Source: the human T2T-CHM13v2.0 reference genome, Homo sapiens
Direction: 5' to 3' (one strand)
NCBI RefSeq assembly: GCF_009914755.1
Contig: NC_060931.1
Length of the DNA: 64,000 nt
Part shown: in pieces, positions 58,169-64,000 of the stretch
Position numbering within the stretch: position 1 is the first letter of the stretch
Layout: each line of letters begins with the position of its first letter
The notes under the pieces: generated by a model
Told to the model about the DNA's origin: nothing
The model's database searches: none
Seen by the model: the letters and a program-made list of their open reading frames with translations, nothing else
Position numbers and translations under genes: made by a program

Positions 58169-58528
58169 CTGAGAAAGTCTTTATTTCTTCGTGTTTGAAG
58201 GATATTTTTGCCAGATACACTATTCTAGGGCAAAGGATTTATTTTCTTCAGTACTTTAAATATGCCATGCCAATCTCTCCTTGCCTGTAAAGTTTTCTAC
58301 TGAGAAGTCTGCTGCCAGACATTGGAGCTCCATTGTATGTTATTTGTTTATTTTCTCTTGCTGCCTTTAGGATCTTTTCTTTATCTTTGATCTTTGGGAA
58401 TGTGATTATTATATGTGTTGAGGTAATCTTCTTTGGGTTAAATCTGCTTGGTGTTCTATAACCTTCTTGTAATTGAATATCAGTATCTTTCTCTAGGTTT
58501 GGGAAGTTCTTTGTTATTATCCCTTTGA

Positions 58529-58883
<355 letters not shown>

Positions 58884-60280
58884 AAGGCCAAGAATTCTTA
58901 GCTTTGCTGTTTTAAGGCTATTTTCTAGATCTTGTGGGCATGCTTCATTGTCTTTTACTCTTTTTTCTTTTGTCCCCTATGACTGTGTATTTTCAAATAG
59001 CCTGACTTCAAGCTCACTAATTCTTTCTTCTGCTTGATTAGTTCTGCTGTTAAGAGACTCTGGTGAGTTCTTTATTATGTCAATTGCATTTTTCAACTCC
59101 AGAATTTCTGCTTGACTCTGCTTAATTATTTAAATCTATTTGTTAAATTTATCTGCTAGAATTCTGAATTAATTCTCTATGTTTTCTTGAACTTCATTGA
59201 GTTTCCTCAAATCAGCTTTTTTGAATTCTGTCTGAAAAGTCACATATCTCCATCTCTGCAGGATTGGTTCCTAGTGCCTTATTTATTTCATTTCGTGATG
59301 TCATGTTTTCCTTGATGGTCTTGATGCTTGCGGATGTTTGTCAGTGTCTGGGTATTGAAGAGTTAGGTTTTTACTGTGGTCTTTATAGTCTTGGGTTTGT
59401 TTGTACCTCTCCTTTTTGAGAAGGCATATCCAGGTCTTCAAAGAGACTTTGGTGTTGTGATCTAAGTTTTTTTTTAATTATTACCATAGCCATATCTGCA
59501 TCAGGGTGTACCCCAAGCCCAGTAATGCTGTGGTTCTTATACACTTGTAGATGTACCACCTTGGTGGTCTTGGGCAAAATCCAGAAGAATTTCCTCGATT
59601 ACCAGGAGAGATTCTTATTCACTTTCCTTTCTCCCAAACAAATGGAATCTATTTCTGCTGAGCTGCCTGGAGCTAGGGGAGGGGTGACATAAGGATCTTT
59701 GTGGCTATCACCACTGGGATTGCACTAGGTCAAACCTGAAGCCAGCACAGTACTGGGTCTCACTCAAGGCCTGCGGTAACCAGTGTCTGGCTACTGCCTA
59801 TGTTCACTCAAGGCCCCAGGGCTCTATAATTAGCAGGTGGTGAGGCTAGCCAGGCTTACGCCCTCTTCAGGGTGGCAAGATCCTCCCGTCCCAGGGCAGG
59901 TCCAGAGATGCTGTCCAGGAGCCAGGGCCTGGAGTTGAAAAATTTAGGAGTCTACCTGCTTCTTTATTCTACCTTTGCTGAATTGGCACCCAAGCCACAG
60001 ATCAAAGCCCTTCCCACTGTTTTCAGCTCTTTCCACAAACAAAGAAGTCTCTCCCTGTGGTCACCACCACCCCAGGCCTGTAGCGCGTACTGCCTGGCTA
60101 CTGCCAATGTCCTCTCAATGCCTAAGGACTGTTCAGTCAGTCTGTGGTGAATGCTGCCAGTATTGAGTCTCTCTCTTCAGGGCAGTGGGCTGTCCTCTGA
60201 CCCAGGATAGGTCCAGAAATGCCATCCAAGAGCCAAGGCCTGGAAATGGAGACCCCAAGATCTCACTTGGTGTGCTACCT

Positions 60281-60620
60281 TAGGGGTCCCCAACCCCTGA
60301 GCCATGGACTGGTACTGGTCCATGGACTGTTAGGAACTGGGCCACACAGCAGGAGGTGAGCATCAGGTGAGCATGCATTACAGTCTGAGCTCTGCCTCTT
60401 GTCAAATCAGTAGCAGCATTAGATTCTCATGGTAGCTTGAACCCTATTGCGAACTGTATATGTGAGGGATCTAGGTTGTATGCTCTTTATGAGAGCCTAA
60501 TGCCTGATGATCTGCACTGGAACACTTTCATCCAGAAACCATCCCGCCACCACCCCAGTCTGTGGAAAAACCGTCTTCCACAAAACCAGTCACGGGTGCC
60601 AAAAAGGTTGGGGACCACTA
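60281..60620 (+). mobile_element. MER1B (hAT-Charlie), full length
   Basis: TIRs aggggtccccaacc...ggttggggaccac; 340 bp; degenerate 8-bp TSD tgctacct/ctctaccc. Confidence 0.9.
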
Positions 60621-61125
60621 CTCTACCCACTGTTGCCAACCTGGTATCTAAGCTGCAGTATAAAGTCTCCTTTACTCTTCCATCTCCTTTTCTTAAGCAG
60701 AAGGGATCTCCCCATAGCCACCAAGCTGCGCATGTGCTGGGTCACACCTGAAGCAAGCACATCTCTGAGTCTCATACAAGGCCCTGGAGGAGTACTGCCT
60801 GTTTATCATTGGTAATTATTCAGTGTTCAAGGGCTCTTTAGTCAGCAGGTGATTAATCCTGCCAGGCTGGGTCCTTCCCTTCAAAGCAGCAGGTTCCCTT
60901 CTGGCCCAAGGTATGCTTAGAAATGATTTTAGGAGCTAGGACTTAGAATGGGGGCCTCAGTACTCTTCCTGGTGCCTTATCCTAATGTGTCTGAATGGTA
61001 TACAAGTTGCAAGACAAAGTCCCCTTTACTCTCTCTTCTCTCCTCAAGTGGAAAGACAGAGTCTCTCCCAGAGCTCCAAGTTATGCTGCTTGGGGTTGGG
61101 GGGGCGGGGGGCAGTACACAAGCAC

Positions 61126-61479
61126 TGATATGGTTTGGCTGTGTGCCTACCTAAATCTCATCTTGAATTGTAGCTCCCATAAGTCCCACGTGTCATGAGA
61201 GGGACCCAGGTGGAGATAATTGAATAATGGGAGTGGTTTCCACCTACGGTGGTGAATAAGTCTCAAGAGATCTGATGATTCCATAAATGGGAGTTCCCCT
61301 GCATGAGCTCTCTCTTGCCTGCTGCCATGTAAGACATGTCTCATTTCCCCTTTGCTTTCCACCGTGATTATGAGGCCTCCCCAGCCATGTGAAACTGCGA
61401 GTCAATTAAGCCTCTTTCCTTTATAAATTACCCAGTCCCAGGTATGTCTTTATTAGCAGCATGAGAACAGACTAATACA
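61126..61479 (+). mobile_element. THE1C-type solo LTR
   Basis: tgatatggtttggc...gactaataca; perfect TSD agcac. Confidence 0.95.
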
Positions 61480-62409
61480 AGCACTTCCTTGGCTGCCCAG
61501 CTGATGTCTCACTAGGTTGTGTCCCCCCTAAGTCTACTGGCTCTGAGGCAAGCACAGCACCAGGACTTGTCCAGGAATTGCAGTCCTTGTGGCCTAGACT
61601 GCCTTTCAAGTTTATTTAGGACCCCAGAGCACTTAGCCCTCAGTGGCAAGGCTTGCTGGAACTCAGGCTCTGACAGCTGACTCCCATTTGGATAGGGCTT
61701 ATCTAAATGCTCCCTCTGCAGGTGCCAGCTGAGTTCTGCTTGGTGTTGCTTTCTACTGTGACAGGGCAGCACTGAGTTCCAATGAGAAGTCCCACAATCA
61801 CTGTGTGTCCCTCTTCCAAGCACATAGATTCTCTCTCTGTGTCATGTGGTTACTGCTAGGAAACAGGAACGGGATGATGTTAGCAATTCAAGACTGTCTT
61901 TCCTACCATCTTCTGTTCCTCTTTCAGTCATATCAAGTTAAAACCAGGTACTGTGATCACTCATCTGATTTTTGGTTCTTATGAAGGTGCATTTTTTGTG
62001 TGAATAGTTTTTCATTTTAGTGTTGTGTGGGAAGGATGATTGGTGGAAGATTCTATGTGGCCATCTTTCTCCACCTCCAGTCCAATCTCTGTGGCTAATT
62101 TTTAATATGAAGTTTAAATTTTTAATAGTTCTTAAATAATTTTACTTTTACCACCCTGATTATAACTATAGTCTTACAGTATAAGGCTTTAAACCACTTG
62201 CCTCTTATTTGAGAAAACAAATATTTGGCTTACTTGAAGATCTGCACATCCATGGTATTTCTAAGGAAACTATTACATCCTGATTTCTTCTTCTCATTAA
62301 GACAAAAATCTTTATATCCCTGAAAAACAAGAAGGTTTATTATACCAAGGTAGATGTATCTTCCATGGATTTGCTATTCTCAAGTAATTTGCTATTAAAG
62401 AATGTATTG

Positions 62410-62900
62410 CTGAAGAACAATTGGCAGTATCTATCAAAATTTAAAATGTATCTCCTTTAATCCAGCAATTACACTTCATGCGTAAAGTAACATATGTACA
62501 AGGAAATTCACTAAAGCATTGCTTGTACAAGCAAATTGGAAAAATAACTAAATGTCCTTCAATAGGGGAGTGATTCAATATATTATGGTATATCCACTTT
62601 TATATGGACTGATCTGGAAAGACTTTTAATATATAGTAGTGAAGAAAAAAGGTACAAAATGGGGTTTATATTATGCTACCATTTATATTAAAAATCAGAA
62701 TATGCATATATAGTTTCCAAAGGCATACTATTTCTCTAGAAACATATAGAAGAAACTGGTTAAAGTCTTGGCTCAGAGGAAAGGGCCTGGTAACCAGAGA
62801 AGAGAAAAGGGATTGGGATTTACCTTTCACTGTTGATACACTTCACTTTGTGAATATTCTACCAAATGCATGCATTATCAATTAAATAACAAAAAAAGAA
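62410..62900 (+). mobile_element. L1ME-type 3' fragment
   Basis: ttggcagtatctatcaaaatttaaaatg...ccagcaatt...aaatgtccttcaatagg...ttatggtatatcca. Confidence 0.7.
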
Positions 62901-64000
62901 TTTCAAAGGTACCATATTTTTATGTAAAAAGAATAAAATTCATATGTCCACGACAAAGTCTCAACTAGTCAGTTTTGCTAGGCTGCATACAAATTATGTG
63001 ACAAAAGATTAATCCCAGAAAATTGATCTCTGAACAGTTACTAGTCAGAAGTTCATGTTGTTGTATAAGAAAACTCTAAATTTTCATAACTTTATCAATT
63101 CTACTAATTTGGAATATAATGTATCCCAAAACTAGATCATATATACCTTCAAGTCATTGGTTATTTTTATTTTTTAATGCATCAAAAATATCTACTATTC
63201 TCAGATACAGTGGGAGGTCAAAATGTATTTATCGATTGTGCAAGAAATTAGTAATGGGGTTTAGAGTCTTTAGTAATCTCTGCTTCTAGCTGTGTGGAAT
63301 AAAAATGTAGTCATTTATTTCAGTGCCTGTGAATAAAACTTCTTTAAGCAATTGAGTGATCTTGAGAGTTATTAGTTATTAACAGGTTTTATTGAGTGTA
63401 CTCCTCAAATAGGCCTCTAGATATATTCATAAAACTATGAAATAAAGATGGAATTTTTGGTGTTAAGGTTTATAATGAAAGTCATCTAGAGGCAATTCAT
63501 AAAAGCAGGTATTGAATATAACCACACATGTACACCTACATCTAGTTTAGGAGCTCGTTTAGTTTAGAAAGAGGAATGAAATTCATGTTTCTCTTACCTT
63601 GGTGTGCTTATCTTCCTTAACACCCTCTCATTACTCTTCATCCTGTATAGGTACTTCTAATGATGCTCTGGAAATCTTGAAAGGTCTCAATAAATCCTTA
63701 TTGAAGAAAAGAATGTGTAGGGTCTATCCTTCCTTATGACTTACGGTTCCAGTAAGCACTTTAGGATATACCTTGAAGGGATTGATTTTTATGAATTGTT
63801 TTGCATGAGGCCTTTTATGACAATAGAAGAGGGAAAAAGTGCCAAAAGGGCTCTGGAAGGAAGGAAGAGAAAAGGAGAAAGTGCAGGGGATGATGTGATA
63901 TATAGCTATAGCCAAACATTCTAGGTGAGAAGGGATGTGCAGAAAAGAAGAATGAACACATGAAATGGTGCAGCCACACTTCTGTGAAAACGTTAGTGTC

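Noticed and set aside
60302-60325. Near-palindrome ccatggactggtactggtccatgg
   Set aside because: Intrinsic part of MER1B
59730-61120. Three ~350-bp imperfect direct repeats as a novel satellite
   Set aside because: Explained as repeated monomers of the old L1 5'UTR

Overview
Human (primate) genomic DNA. The only protein-coding gene I can support is the intronless bitter-taste receptor TAS2R16 (minus strand, CDS 1307-2182, 291 aa, N172/H222 haplotype). From established knowledge this is 7q31.32, between CADPS2 and SLC13A1. The other ~62 kb is upstream, repeat-rich intergenic DNA. It contains two decayed LTR16A/ERV-L proviruses, the second with readable gag, RT-RNaseH, integrase and dUTPase remnants; a complete two-LTR THE1B-type provirus; further THE1/MLT1 LTRs; two long old L1s with intact 5' ends; several 5'-truncated L1s with target-site duplications (TSDs); 12 Alus; L2/MIR fragments; MER5A, MER20 and MER1B DNA transposons; and a 1.1-kb minisatellite built of palindromic 30-mers. 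I found no evidence for a new gene or a proven new system. The best testable hypothesis is regulatory: co-oriented THE1 LTRs with intact DUX4 motifs and a splice donor lie upstream of TAS2R16, whose leader has two good splice acceptors and a 49-codon uORF. Repeat subfamily names come from by-eye recall of consensus sequences. Boundaries without a TSD are approximate.
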